From positions 1,736,001 through 1,800,000 of the forward strand of contig CDPCPM010000077.1 of the NCBI GenBank assembly GCA_976551045.1: a stretch of DNA of 64,000 nucleotides, written 5' to 3'. This DNA is from Glaucostegus cemiculus. Taxonomy: Eukaryota. Position 1 is the first letter of the stretch; each line of letters begins with the position of its first letter. Positions 38,426 to 51,922 of the stretch are shown in pieces. A model generated the notes under the pieces. It worked only from the letters and a program-made list of their open reading frames with translations, did not search any database and had not been told where the DNA came from. Made by a program: the position numbers and the translations under genes.

Positions 38426-39669
38426 AGGATGAGGTTCAACTACAGTTCAGTAATTCGCACACCTTGGGCAATATGACTGAGTTATAGCTTTCACAATAAA
38501 CAGATCCACACAATCCACTTCGAAACATCTGGTAAAAATTTTGTGTGATTCAAAAAATAATTTGACCTATTGGGATAGCTTCTAGTGCCTGGGTGATAAT
38601 CTGCAAGGGTGGATTGCCCAGGCTTAATTGGGACCTGTTTGATTTTTATTCTATTGGATGACGGCACCTGCGAGAATCTTGTCTAGTGCTGAAAATGAAA
38701 ATCTATCTTCTTTCAATCATTGGAACAGTTATGAGCCACTTGGCCTTTGGAATGTGTTCTGTTGTTCAGTGAGATCCTGGCTATTCTGTGACCAAAATGA
38801 AAGCACCTTCACTCTATATCCCATGATGTCTTTGGTCCTCAGCCCTGGATTAGAAGTGAGCAGCTGGTCTAACATCAGCTGAGTTTGTAAAAGCACATTC
38901 TCCAGACATTTGTACCACCACTCCTGAAAGGCCTCGCTCTACTCTTTGGACTTTACCTCTTTGTTCTTAGCTCTTGCACCAGCAGAAATATCTTCTCTCC
39001 ATTTCCAACATCTATTCCCCTTAACAATTTTGATTATTCTGGTAGATCATTAGAAGCCTGAATGGATCTGCTGGTATTTACCTATCTATGACTTCTACAA
39101 CTGATTAATGGTCGGTGATAATTATCAATGTGTATTTCAATACCCTCGACCACAGGATCTGTGAGCCCTAAAACTTCAAGGGCAGTGGCGAAGGAAGGAA
39201 AGGGAAGATAAGATCATTCTTTTTAAATTATTATTTGCTTTGTTTAGTATTTTTATCACATTTTATTATTTCTTTTTCTACACCATATATGTAGGTTGTG
39301 GCAGCTTGAAACTTTTCCACATGTCAGAGGCACTTAAAATTACTACAGCTTTGACAGATGGTAAAGCAAACATGGTGCCTCACCAACTTTTAAAACTTCA
39401 GGAAAATTTGGGGATGTGTTTTTTTATAAATTCCCCCCATTGTTGGCACACACCAGAATTTGGGCAACTTTGTACCAGCAAGACAAGACCATTGTCCTGA
39501 GCCAGCTAAGTCCATGAGCACAGGTGACAACTGTGGGTGAAGGGCTCATCCCAACAAGAACTGAGACAACATTTTAAAAAATTAGGTGAAATTGTCTCTT
39601 GACCCTATAAATTCCAGTGAAATAATCTTCCCTTGTAATTTAACCCTTGGTGTCCAAGTTTCGTTCTGG

Positions 39670-40145
39670 TCCAGATGAAAGTTCTTGACCCAGAATGTCA
39701 ATTGTCTATTTCCCTCCACAGATGTTACCTTACACATTGAGATCCTCCAGCAGATCAGTTTTTACTCCAGATTCCAGCATCTGCAGTCTCTTGTGTCTTC
39801 CTTCCAGTTAATCTTTGTAGCACTCCAACTAAGGTATTCTGTCAAGAACTGCTTGCAGTACTCTAGGTTTGACCCGACAAGGAATAAAAATGCAAAAAAA
39901 AATGCAGACGCTGTAAATGCAAAATAAAATCTGAAAATGGTGGAAACGCTCAGCAGGTCAGGCATGATCTGGGGAAAGAGAAACAGAGTTAATGCTTCAG
40001 GTTGAAGACTTTACATCAAACCAAAGCAAAACACAAACCAGTGAATTTGAACTAGGTCTTCTATTGAAGGGTCTTTGATCTGAAGCATTAATTCTCTCCC
40101 ATCTCCACAGATGCCATTTGACAAGGGTGTTTGCAGCATTTTCTG
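39670..40145. mobile_element. Two adjacent Penelope-derived elements (~39670-39800 and ~39900-40145) among CR1 scraps
   Basis: CCAGATGAAAGTTCTTGACCCAGAATGTC..TCCAGATTCCAGCATCTGCAGTCTC; second copy is a fold-back with CTCAGCAGGTCAGGCA. Confidence 0.6.
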
Positions 40146-40769
40146 TTGACCTTACAAGGACTGTATATACTTGTGGTATAACATCTATTCTCTGTACTCA
40201 AAAAGTAGAATTAGAGGGGGTGGACTATCAAAGGTGGAACAATAAACCAATGTTGCTGATCAGAGGCCTAAATTTAGAGATGTCTTTCAGCTGTTAGAGT
40301 TTTTTTTGACATGCATGAAGCTATGCGTAAAAGAAATGTACAGCAGTTTTTGTTTCTTTTCAATAGCATCGCCCACAATGTTCTCTTGTATCACCTCTCT
40401 GATATGTTAATTTCAGAATACTGTCGGAAATCTTCTTGTCTTATATATGACAATTTCTTTTTATGTTCCACTTGGCTCAGCAGTTGTTAGACAAGCATTC
40501 CCAGATATGAAAGCAATACTGATCTCAGAAATAAACCTATGCTGCATGGGGAGTTTAGAATTGATGAAGGTTGAAGAATGTTTTGGTAAAATAAGGAAAG
40601 CAAACTCCTTTAGGGCTATTTTGTGAATAAGGAAGCTGAAAGGCTAGAACTGTTGATGAACAAGACACTCTATCAATGGTAAAAGATTTTAATTACTGGT
40701 ACGGCAGGCAAATGAATTGAAGAAACTTTAGAGAACTGAAGAGAACAATACTTATATTCACCCCTCCTC

Positions 40770-40980
40770 AGTCGACCAATCATGTCGGGCTCCTGTCTCA
40801 CCACTCCTCCTCTTTATACGGGCCATCTCCCCTCCCCACTCTCAATCCTGATGCAGGGTTTCAACCTGAAACATCGACAGTTGCTTCCTCCCCTCTCACA
40901 GATGCTGCTCGATCCAATGAGTTCCTCTTGTAGATTATTTGTTGCTTCAGATTCCAGCATCTGCAGTTTGTTATGTCTCT
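40770..40980 (+). mobile_element. Penelope-derived terminal repeat with hammerhead-like relic
   Basis: CTGATGC-AGGGTTTCAACCT-GAAACATC at 40848-40875, then CAGATGCTGCTCGATCC..TTCCAGCATCTGCAG. Confidence 0.65.
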
Positions 40981-41872
40981 GATACTTTTATTGTGTCACT
41001 GAAGATTTTAATCTTAAAAGCCATAATATTAAATTTTACTCACTCCCATCCCCCAGATCTAAACAAGGTTAAGGGGAGGGATTGGTGCAGTAAAAGAGTT
41101 AAAGACAGAAATGTGTCTCCAAACTGCTTCATGTAGATATGGTCCAGGGAACTGTAGTTATAATCAGCCACCTGCACAATGTACGTAGGAACCCCGTATT
41201 GAAGCTTATTGCACTTGAACCACTCAACAAGAAAGAGAGACAGGAGCTGCCAATTTCACATAGTTAAATGTCTCTATCTTATTGGCCAGGGGGATTCAAA
41301 ATACTTTCCAAAACTCCTCTCTCCTCATCATGAGCTTTTCCCAATAGCTGGTCTCTCCTGATTGCTGGGGACCACTCCCATACCTCCTTGGGCTGGTGAG
41401 TTAAGTGCTTAGCCTTGAGAATGCCCACACCCTCCCAGTTTCCCAATAACTGCAAAGGTTAAAGGTCTCTTTCAGCCCAACTACAATCTTCCAATTGATG
41501 GAAACGTGAAGCTTGGGGAGTTTTTGCGATGTCACAAGGCTTCCACTGTGAAGTCTGGATTTCAAGCCACATCAGCATTTAAAACTGTCTTCAACTTCAT
41601 TCTTAACAGCCTTGGACAAACCTTTGTCAGTTGCAATGGTGCATCGCCTATTCCCACCAATTTAAATATTATACAGGATTTTTCTTTCAGTTTTTATTTT
41701 TTGTTTTAGAGCAGGTGTAGTTCTGGTTTAATTTGTGTTCTGCAAGATTATGTAATTGAAAAAACACCAGAGCTGCACTCTTCATAAGAGCTTATCTAAA
41801 CCAATGTCTCATGGACTAGTTTGGGCTGTAGTACAATAATTTAATTGCAAAAACCTTTTTCTTTATGTAATC

Positions 41873-44125
41873 ATAGAACATCGAACAGTACAGCATAAGA
41901 ATAGGCCCTTTGGCCCACAACATTGTGCCAAACCAATTACATTAGTAATAAAATACCCAACTAAATTAATCCCTTCTGCCTACACAATGTCCATATGCTA
42001 CCATTTCTCTCACCTCCATGTGCCTATCTAAGAGCTTCTTAAATGCCCCTATCGTATCTGCCTCCACCACCACCCCAGGCAGCGCATTCCAGACACCCAC
42101 CATTCTCTGTGTGAAAAGCTTGCCCAGGACATCTCCTTTGAACTTACCCCATATCACCTTAAATGCATGCCCTCTGGTATTAGACATTTCAACCCTGGGG
42201 ATAAGATACTCCGTATCAATGTCTCTCATAATCAAATAAACCTCTATCAGATCTCCCCTCAACTTCCGCCGCTCCAGAGAGATCAACCCAAGTTTGTCTA
42301 ACCTATCCTTATAGCACATGCCCTCGAATCCAGGCAGCATCTTGGCAAACTTCTTCTGCACCCTCTCCAAAGCCTCAACATCCTTTCTATAATGGGGTGA
42401 CCAGAACTGAGTGCAATACTCCAGATGCAGCCTAACTAAAGTTTTATAAAGCTGCAGCATAACTTCCTGACTCTTGAACTCATTTCCTTGACTAATGAAG
42501 GCAAGGATGCCAGATGCCTTCTTTACCACCCTGCCAACCTGTGTAGCCACTTTCAGGGAGCTATGAACTTGGACCCTAAGATATCTCTGCTCATCAACAC
42601 TGTAACAGTGTACTGTCTCTTTACATTTGGTCTCCCAAAGTGCAACATTTCACATTTGGCCGGGTTGAACTCAATCTGCCATCCCTCCGCCCATATCTAC
42701 AACTGACCTATCTACCGCTGTATCCTTTCCCAGTCTTCTACGTTGTCCACACCACCACCAATCTTCGTATCATCTGCAAATTTACTAACCCACCCATGTA
42801 TATTTTTATCCACATCACTTATATACATCACAAACAGCAGAGGTCCCAGTACAGATCCCTGAGGAACACCACTAGTCACAGATCTCCAGCTAGAATGTCC
42901 ATCAACCCCTACCCTCTGTCTTCTGCAGGCAAGCCAGTTCTGAATCCAAACAGTTAATTCACCATGGATCTTTTATCTCAAAATGCCCTAGCAATTTGGC
43001 ATGCTCCACTGATCTCCATATCCTCCATGACTTCCCCTTGGTAAATACTGATGCAAAGTAGTCATTAGGGACCTTGCCTACATCCTCCACTTCTAAGCAC
43101 ATGTTCCCTCCTTTATCCTGAGTGGTCCTACACTCTCCCAAGTTATCCCCTTGCAATTCATGTACGTATAGAATGCCTTGGGATTCTCTTTAATCCTACT
43201 TGCCAAGGACTTTTCATGGCCCCTCCTGGCTTTCCTAATTCCCTTGAGTTCCTTACTGGCTTCTTTAGAATCCTCAAGTGCTCTGTTTGATCCTCGCTTC
43301 CTAAGCTTTACATACTTGTCCTTTTTTCTTTGAGACTAAATTCACCACCACTCTCGATATCCAAGGTTCTCTTATCTTGCCATCCTTGTCCTTCTTCCTT
43401 ACTGGAACTACCTGTCCTGCACTCTGCAGTTGGTCTTTAAACACCCTCCATATGTCAGATGTCCAACAGCTGTTCCCAATTAATTCTCCCTATTTCCTGC
43501 CTGATCACCTGTAATTTGCCCTGCTCCAATTTAATACTCTCCTGCAAGGTCCATACTTATCCTTATCTATAGCTATTTTAAAACTTAAGGAGCTGTGGTC
43601 ACTGTTCCCTAACTGTTCTCCCACTAAAAGGTCGGTCACCTGGCCAGGCTCATTACCCAACACCAGGTACAGTACGGCCCCTCCTCTCGTTGGACTATCT
43701 ACATATTGATTTAAGAAATCCTTCTGGATGCACCTAACAAATTCTGCCCCATCTAAACCTCTTACACTAAGGAGATCCCAGTTTTGTATTAGGAAGTTGA
43801 AATTCCCCATGACAACAACCCTATTAGTTAAACACCTTTCCCTAATCTGCCTGTTTATCTGTTCCTCTAAATCCCGATAGCTACTGGGGAGTCTGTAGTA
43901 TAATCCTATCAGAGTGATTGCACCTTTCTTATTTTTGAGTTCTACCCATATAGAGTCAGTGGACGAGCCATCTCTCATGTCCCCTCTGAATGCAGCTGTG
44001 ATATTGTCCCTAATTAGTACTGCATCTCCCCCACCGCTCCCCTGCCTTTTACCTCCCTCTCTATCCTTTCGAAAATATCAAAACCCTGGAACAATAAACA
44101 CCATTCCTGTCCCTCTTTCAACCAA
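41873..44125 (-). mobile_element. CR1 LINE ORF2 with APE endonuclease, internally deleted RT and 3' UTR
   Basis: ORF 43505-43978 IWVELKNKKG..VVVMGNFNF..LGNSDH (endonuclease); KFADDTK at ~42765-42785; ORF 41966-42550 LEYCTQFWSPHY..RGDLIEVY..WNALP. Confidence 0.95.
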
Positions 44126-45394
44126 GCACATGAGCACTTTCTTGTTGTTTTGCTTCTCCCCCACCCACACCACCTCCCCCCGCCCCCCATTCCCACATTT
44201 TCCAGCCTCTTTCACCATTTCCAGACCAGTGAATCTCACAGACAAAAGGGATGGGTCAGTGGTCAGTGAGCATTGTGAAAGCCATACATGCATTCCTCAA
44301 GCAAGATGAACAAACATGCAAATTCTGCACGGTTGACATTTATTGCTGGTGTGGGGTTTTGTCCCTTAAAAAATATCCAAGTTGATCTTTGGAAGTACTT
44401 GTACAATTTTTATCAGTTGAAACTGAAATATTCATGCCCTAATAATATAGATGGAGGTGAGCCATATGTAGGAAATTTCTACACTAATTCATGAAATGAC
44501 CTGATTTATATTATACAATACAATCCATGTGTCACAGTCTGAAAGGTTGCATGTTATGAAAACATTATGTAACCTCAAGCTGGAAATGTGAAGAAATTAT
44601 ACAGTGACATTAGTCTGTCTCACCCCACAGTGCAGACACTGGCGTATTAATTTGAATTTCTCTAAGATCACAGTTTAGTTTAAGGCTCTGAATTTCAGAT
44701 TAAACGTGTAAATCAATAACTCAAAACACTCATTTTCTAAAAGTGTAATTATTTCTCTCTCCAATTTGGTCAACACAAATTGAAGCCACAGTGATTTATG
44801 TATCCCATTACCTGGTGTAAGTGATGTCACCATATGATGCATGAGTCTTCTGAACTGTCTAATAGTCCTTTGCAGTACCTCCTATTGTCATCATTGCTAC
44901 CCTAATGATGACTGGTTTAGAAGATGCCAAAATAATACTGAAGGGGCATTGTCTCTGTGCAAAAATGTTTTCAGTCTCTTTCAATCATTTGATAAACTTG
45001 CAGCACAACTGTTTAACTCCTGTCAAAATTGCTTTCTTTATGATATTTTGGTAATCAGTTGCAGTTCATCTGACTTTTCCACTTATCTAGGAAATCTCGA
45101 TCCTTAAATCTCTTTTGCTACATGACCAAACCAGTGATTTGGAAACAGCCTCCACTGAACAGCTATGGATGCACAAGTGCATCTCTGACATTATAACAGA
45201 ACATTCAAAAATAAGATGGAAGGCTATGGGTAAGCCTAATAGTGTGGGGACATGTTCGGCACAGCTTTGTGGGCCGAAGGGCCTGAATTGTGCTGTAGGT
45301 ATCTATGTTCTATGTTCTAAATGCTGGAAAAATTCAGATTGACGCAAATCCTGGACTGAAAACCCTCATAAACATCATTTGGAGCAAAAACAAG

Positions 45395-45508
45395 GAAGTT
45401 GTGGGCATGCTACAGTAGCGCCGGAAGCGCAGCGACACTTGTGGGCTGCTTCCGGAACAGTCTACGCAAAAAGATGCATTTCACTGTGTGTTTCAATGTA
45501 CATATGAC
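45395..45508 (+). mobile_element. V-SINE 3' half (Rex1-like tail)
   Basis: GAAGTTGTGGGCATGCTA..GCATTTCACTGTGTGTTTCAATGTACATATGACT. Confidence 0.8.
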
Positions 45509-45614
45509 TTGTTTAAATTTTTTAGCATTTTTAGAAATACCCTAGCAGTTATTTGTGGTGAGAGAGATTTGTTTTAGAATGTGATACAAGAGTTTACATT
45601 CATTGGCCTGTGTA

Positions 45615-45780
45615 TGTGCATTTAAGAGGCCCTTAGAGAGGCACATGGATATGCAGAGAATGGAGGGATATGGACCACGCGCAGGCAGAAAGGATTAGTT
45701 TAATTAGGTGTCATTAGCTTAATTAGTTCAGCACAACATCATGGGCTGAAGGGTTCTTTCCTGTGCTGTACTGTCCTATA
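45615..45780 (+). mobile_element. CR1 3' tail
   Basis: Matches 33330-33480. Confidence 0.8.
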
Positions 45781-45989
45781 ATGGGGGGCACCAACTCCCA
45801 TTGGCCCAGCAAGCACCTCCTGCCCCATTGTGACAGGCTCTGCAGGCTCCATATTGACCTCATTGGCCCCACAAACCTTAACTGGAAACACAAGTCATCC
45901 TTGACCTCAAAGAAATACCTAGGGACAAGAAAAGATGCTCCTCTAACTGGGCTGCTACCTTAATGCAAATCATCCCCATTACAAATAAT

Positions 45990-46395
45990 ACAGAACGTGG
46001 CACAGTACAGGCCCTTTGACCCACAATGTTGTGCCGACATTTTATCCTGCTCTAAGAGCTATCTAACTCTTCCCTCCCACGTAGCTCCCTATTTCCCTGT
46101 CATTCATGTGTCTAAGAGTTTCTTAAAAGTCCCTCATGTATCTGCCCCCCACAATCTCTGCAAGCAGTGCGTTCCACGCACCCACCACTCTGTGTAAAAA
46201 AACTTACCCCTTACAGCCCCCTTATACCTTCCTCCAATCACCTTAAAATTATGTCCTCTTGTGTTAGCCATTGCCGCCCTGGGAAAAAGCCTCTGACTGT
46301 CCACTCGATCTACGCCTCTTATCATCTTGTACACCACTGTCAGGTCACCTCTCATCCTCCTTCTCTCCGAGGAGAAAAGCCCTTGCTCACTCAAC
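45990..46395 (-). mobile_element. CR1 3' region
   Basis: ORF 46134-46394 RRRMRGDLTVVYKMIRGVDRVDSQRLFPR..TRGHNFKV. Confidence 0.9.
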
Positions 46396-46861
46396 CCACT
46401 TCCCTTGTCGCCAGAGGCTAATTCAGCTCTCAGTGGCCAGAATAACAGTCACCGTTTCCCTCCTCCTGCTGACGTTGACAGAAAGACAATTAAAGGAGGA
46501 GAAATAGCCCTGTCAGCCTTTGCAGAGATACACTGCAGTCAACGTTCTGTGCTGAATCTCCACTGGAGCAGAATTATACCATCCAAACCTGTAGTGCAGA
46601 GAAATTGGTTACAGTTCCTCTTCCAGACTGTGATCCAGTGATAAACTGTGACAATGAATACACCCCAATCTTGGGCTCACTTGCCCAGATCATTAGGAAC
46701 ATTTATCCGTCCATATAGTGATGCCATGGGCATTGAGCTCTGTCTGTGAAATTAATCCCACTGACTGATTCACTGACTAGAGATGAATTTCTAGGCTAGT
46801 TTATTCAGCATCACACCTGAGACAGATGCAGGAATGTCTGCAGCAAGGAATGCAGAAACAG

Positions 46862-47280
46862 ATAAGGAGCACAGACAGAGGCCACTCAGGCCACTGCATT
46901 TGTGCTGGCTCTGAGTACAATGATTCCATCAGTCCCATTCCCCTGCTCTTTCCTGCTAACCCTGCAAATGATCTTCCTTCAAGTGCCCACCCAGTTCTCT
47001 TTTGAAACCCAGCTGAGTGTCTTTCCACCATCCGTATTGGCAGAGAGTTCCAGGCCATAAGTCTTCACTGCATAAGAAAAAGTTACTCATCACATTCCAC
47101 CAACACCTTTTGCCTAAAACCTTGGATGCAGCCCTCCTGACCCTTGTGTCATTAGGAACAGCTTCCCTTGATATTCCCTGTCTAAAACAGTTTTGATCCT
47201 GTCCATCTCCATCAAATCTCCTCCCAACCTTCATTTCTCCAAGAACAACCCTGGCTTTTCCAGTCTAAGCTTCTGGATGA
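46862..47280 (-). mobile_element. Old CR1 3' end
   Basis: Degraded WNSLP..FKRELGGHLK; tail GGCCTGAGTGGCCTCTGTCTGTGCT on the minus strand. Confidence 0.65.
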
Positions 47281-47589
47281 AACCAGTACTTGCAGGTGCT
47301 GGGGCGATTACAACAAACAAAAATACTGTTGCTCTATTGTTGTCGATTACACTGAAAACTGCTTCAAATTGCACCAATTAGTTTCTCAGTGATTCAACGC
47401 GTATGTGGAAAAGCTGCTGCCAAGTCTCCCAGATCAATATGAATTTGACTGAATTCATGCTGGCCTGCCTTAAGGAAGAAGAAAGGATAACAGTAATCCT
47501 CAGTGCACGCCAGCCTCCGTCCAATAGTGAGGTACAGTTTATAAATCAAATTAAAAACTGAAACTCCTGAAATTGGCACGAAAGGTTTG

Positions 47590-47722
47590 ATCCAGATGAA
47601 GGGTCCTGACCCGTAACATCAGCTGTCCATTTCCCTCCATAGATACTGCCTGACCTGCTGAATTCCTCCAGTGTTTTGTGTGTTGCTCCAGATTCCAGCA
47701 TTTGCAGTCTCTTATGTCTCCA
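47590..47722 (+). mobile_element. Penelope-derived terminal repeat with hammerhead-like relic
   Basis: CAGATGA-AGGGTCCTGACCC-GTAACATC, then the family body. Confidence 0.65.
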
Positions 47723-48245
47723 TGAAAGGGAACTTGCATGGCAAGAGAACGTCTCCATTAAGACACTGCAGCCTAGGAGTTCTATTGAGCAATACTTGTG
47801 GACAGAAGTCAATACAACATCTCAAGGAAACCAGCCATGAAGTTGTTTGGAGCCTTGTAGCGCAGGTTACAAAGTCAGCCATTTTCCTTCAGGGTCTTCT
47901 GTACATTGGACACACGGAGTTCCCAGCTCTGCGCAGCAGGATCCAGTAGCATGCAATGCATCTCTGTGATTTTCATTGGCTCGTGCCTGGTCTACACACA
48001 ACACAGACCACTCACAGAGAAACAGGTCTTCTTAAGAGGTGACCTGCCAAAGTTGCTGCCTTCCTTCTTCCTCCTCTCAATCTGTGGCCGCTGGCTGTGC
48101 AGGGAAGGGCAGAGGTCTCGGGATAGTTCTGCAGAAGATGGCAGACCATGATGGATGTTAGGACCTGCTCTGGTGCTCTGCTGGTGCTGTGGAGCTCTTC
48201 CTGAGCAGTCCAAGCAGCTGAATAGCTGCTTGAGGTCAACAATAA

Positions 48246-48830
48246 TATTGGTATTGGTTTCTTACTGTCATTTGGACCAAGGTACAGTGGAAAAACTTGT
48301 CTTACAAACCGATCATACAGGTCAATTCATTACACAGTGCAGTTACATTGAGTTAGTACAGAGTGCATTGAGGTAGAACAGGTAAAAACAATATCAGTAC
48401 AGAGTAAAGTGTCATAGCTACAGAGAAAGTGCAGTGCAATAAGAGGCAAGGTCACAACAAGGTAGATTGTGAGGTCAGAGTCCATCTCATCGTGTAAGGG
48501 AACCATTCAGTCGTCTTATCACAGTGGGGTAGAAACTGTCCTTGAGTCTGGTGGTACGTGCCCTCAGGCTCCTGTATCTTGTACCTGATGGAAGAGGAGA
48601 GAAGAGAGAATGACCCAGGTGGGTGGGGTCTTTGATTATGCTGACTGCTTCACCAAGGCAGCAAAAGGTAAAGACAGAGTCCAAAGAGGGGAGGCTGGTT
48701 TCCATGACGCACTGGGCTGTGTCCACAACTCTCTGCAGTTTCTTGCAGTCCTGGGCAGAGCAGATGCCATACCAAGCCGTGATGCATCCAGATAGGATGC
48801 TTTCTATGGTGCATCAATAAAAATTGGTGA
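48246..48830 (-). mobile_element. Rex1/Babar LINE 3' fragment
   Basis: ORF 48487-48726 IIKDPTHLGHSLFSPLPSGTRYRSLRARTTRLKDSFYPTVIRRLN; closely similar to the 11242-11777 copy. Confidence 0.92.
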
Positions 48831-49227
48831 GTGGTTCCACATGGTATGTGCTTGGGGTTACACACCAGAGCGTAGATGGAGCAAGCAGCATTTTTCAATA
48901 TGAATCTGGCCTTTACTCTTGGAAAAATTGCTTCCTGAAGACCCTGAGTCTATGTGGCCTCCTCCTGTGCCTGCTTCTGCTCCCTTTCCCATCAGCCTTT
49001 CCTGCTGGGCCTGTCCTCTGCCCATGCTTGCTGTCCGTCACGCTGCACTCCAAGGACATGCCTACAAGTGTCCCCATCTCTGGGTGAAAGCAGTTGTTGC
49101 ACACCCCTTTAAATGAAACAAACTCCCTCAGCCCCTGATATACCACTCACAATGGTCTCCAACAACTTTAAAGATATCCAGCAACACCAATCAGTAGTTG
49201 ATTCAAAGTGACAAATGAAAATCATTC

Positions 49228-49373
49228 AGCAACCAACAATCTGCTGGAGGAACTCAGCAGGTCAAGCAGCATCTGTGGGGAGAAAAGGATCAAAACCCTG
49301 TGGGTTGAAATCCTGCATCAGGACTCAATCCAGCAGATTGTTTGTTGCTCCAGATTCCAGCATCTGCAGTCTC
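49228..49373. mobile_element. Penelope-derived fold-back element
   Basis: AGCAACCAACAATCTGCTGG ... CCAGCAGATTGTTTGTTGCT inverted arms. Confidence 0.65.
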
Positions 49374-49409
49374 CAGAAAATTTTCAGCAACTGGCTTACA
49401 AATTGTTGG

Positions 49410-49650
49410 TAATGTAGTCGCCCGCATCGCGTGGCTCAGAGAGACTCAGAGACGTGGCGACTCAGCTAAGCACGTTTTTATTGACAATACAAAACGCGCA
49501 CGCGCGCAGAGAAACCCGAAGACCTTCACGGCGGAAGTGACGTCAGCGTCACGCCGGAAGTCCCGCCTCGTGGCGTCACCGCGCGATCTCGCGTGTTGTC
49601 CCGCGGCCGCCGATGGCGTTTCAGGCCTCAGTAGCGCGGGTCGCTACACC
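49410..49650. promoter_or_regulatory. Small CpG-rich, housekeeping-type promoter/enhancer
   Basis: Densest CpG patch in the window. NRF1-like CGCGCACGCGCGCA 49495-49508; ETS-CRE composite GCGGAAGTGACGTCA 49531-49545; ETS CCGGAAGT 49554-49561; GC box CCCGCCT 49562-49568; TCTCGCG 49587-49593; YY1-like ATGGCG 49613-49618. Confidence 0.75.
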
Positions 49651-49734
49651 AACCTGTTAAATAGCACTGGTGGAGAGTCTTCCTGTTATTGAACACACGT
49701 TCACCACCTTTAATTTGATTGGATTAAAAAGAAA

Positions 49735-49895
49735 AATCTGAATTTCTATAACATCTTTCACATCTTTTACATCTTTTTCAGGGCATCCCAGAGTGTTATA
49801 CAGCAATGTTATCTTGATATGTATTCAATGGTATCCTAGAAGACACAGCTGCCAATTTACACACAGCAAGCTCTTCCAATCAGCAATGTGGTTAT
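49735..49895 (-). mobile_element. DeuSINE/SacSINE1-like relic
   Basis: CAGCTGCCAATTTACACACAGCAAGCTC..CAGCAATGTG; complement of the 51035-51330 family. Confidence 0.55.
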
Positions 49896-50129
49896 CACTT
49901 GGGGATAGCTGAAGTGCTGAGTTCTAGTCTGGCCACGGTGGGTATCACATCACTGATAGGCTTTGCAGTCTGCACACTCTGCACACATCTGCTGGGCATT
50001 AGCACCATGCACACAGACGTCCCTCCAACATGACAGCCTGTATGACTTGGACTACATCTGCCTCTTGGGTCTCCAAATTGCAACAAGGTCTACATTCCAC
50101 ATTCCACGTCACCTTCCAATGTTGGAGGC

Positions 50130-50440
50130 CAATCTGCCTATCATGTCCAGTCTAACTCACAGAGGAATGCCATTCCCCCCCCCCCCCCCCCGCTGTAACC
50201 TATTCACCCTACATTCCTATCAGCTCCTCCAACCTTTACACTTCCCTGCTCTAGGGGTAATTTACAGCAGCCAATCAACTCAACAACCTGCACATTCTTG
50301 GGACATGTGAGGGAACTAGAGCACTTGGGGGAGACTCACGCAGGCACGGGGAGAATGTGCCAGCTCCACACAGACAGCATCGGAGGTCGGGACAGAACCT
50401 GGGTCACCGACATTATGAGGCAGCTGAAGCACTATGCTGC
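50130..50440 (-). mobile_element. Degraded V-SINE
   Basis: TTGGGACATGTGAGGGAACTAGAGCACTTGGGGGAGACTCACGCAGGCACGGGGAGAATGTGC. Confidence 0.65.
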
Positions 50441-51034
50441 ACTGTCATCCCCTGAAGTGCCTCAACAACAGGCATTAAAGCAGCTGAGTTTTTCAGCCAT
50501 TTGCTGCTCCAGAGTCTTTTTGTTTATTTACAGAGTTCATAAAACTGACTGCATTATTGATCTCAATTGTACCCCATTGCATTTTCACTCCTACAGCTAA
50601 GCAGCAACGTGAAAGCCCGGTAATGATTTTGTGTCACAGCTGGATCTCCAGAAGTCCTGGATGCTGTTGAATGTCAAGATGCTCACTTCTAGGTGGGGAT
50701 TTCAGTCTATTACACACAGCTGATGCTAAAACTGCCATCTCGCTGCCGTACACGGATTTGCATCTGATTCCCTCGTTATGTTTCTCCAAAGTGTCTGAGA
50801 CAGATAAAAAAAAATTCAGAATATTGTTAATGACTTCTCTAGTCAGCCCCCACAACTTTTGCAAATATAGATATCCAATTATAGAGAGCGCACACATAAT
50901 GTGTTGACAGGAAGTTCGGAAAACACGCAGTAGGTAGGCTGCCACCTTTAGTCATTCTTGACTTACCAATAAGTCGGGGTGTGCCTTAACCTCTAGCACC
51001 TGAGCTGGCTAAGGGCTTGTCATAGGCAGACCAG

Positions 51035-51330
51035 TGACGAAAGGAAGGATTGCTGCACTCTCAGAGCTGTTGTTTATCCGATGTGACATGGGTGACAGTA
51101 AGGACACCTGGCATTACTTTAGTGAACAGTGGTGCTTTTACTCCATTGTCTTGCCTAATATATATCCTATGGTAAACATTACTGAAATAGGTTCTCTGGT
51201 CATTATTCATACTGCTGTTTGTGGGAGCTTTCTGTGCATATTAACTGCATTTCCTACACTACAACAGTGATCATATTTCATTATAAACTTAACTGAAAGG
51301 GATGTCAAAGGTGCTATAAGAATGTGAGTC
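51035..51330 (+). mobile_element. DeuSINE/SacSINE1-like relic
   Basis: CTGGTCATTATTCATACTGCTGTTTGTGGGAGCTT..TTTCCTACACTACAACAGTGA..GGTGCTATAAGAATG. Confidence 0.55.
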
Positions 51331-51922
51331 ATTTTAATCTAACCAGACTAACAACAAATATAAATTATATATTTATATAATTAAAGTTAGACCATTCTGG
51401 TGTGAAATTAGAAAAACACATTTTAACAGAAAGAGTAATGGAATAAGATAAGATTTCTTTATTAGTCACATGTACATCAAAACACACAGTGAAACGCATC
51501 CACCATCGATTTCACACAGAACTATCCATCTTTGATGCATGAAGTGTTAAATTCGTGAGAATCAACACGACAAAATGTTAAATAAAATGTCTGACTTTGA
51601 GCCAGAAATTTATGGGCAAATCTCCTGTGGCAATTAATGATAAAACCCTGACCTTGGGATGTGTTTATTTATAACAATTGTGCGTTCTACCTTAAGAGGA
51701 TGAGCAACTTATACTCAGTGATATTGTAGCAACAGAATGATGCGTGATGATTTTGTCTTGCTTTGTAGAAATTTACATCACAGAAGGTCACATCATGTCC
51801 ATGTACCGCAATGGTTGATCATCCAATTTCCTGCACCCAGTCTTACTCAGAGTGACTCACAAGTTGCTGGAAATTCTATCCAAAAAAGGACACTTAATGG
51901 CCTCATTGGCTCAATAAAAGAT

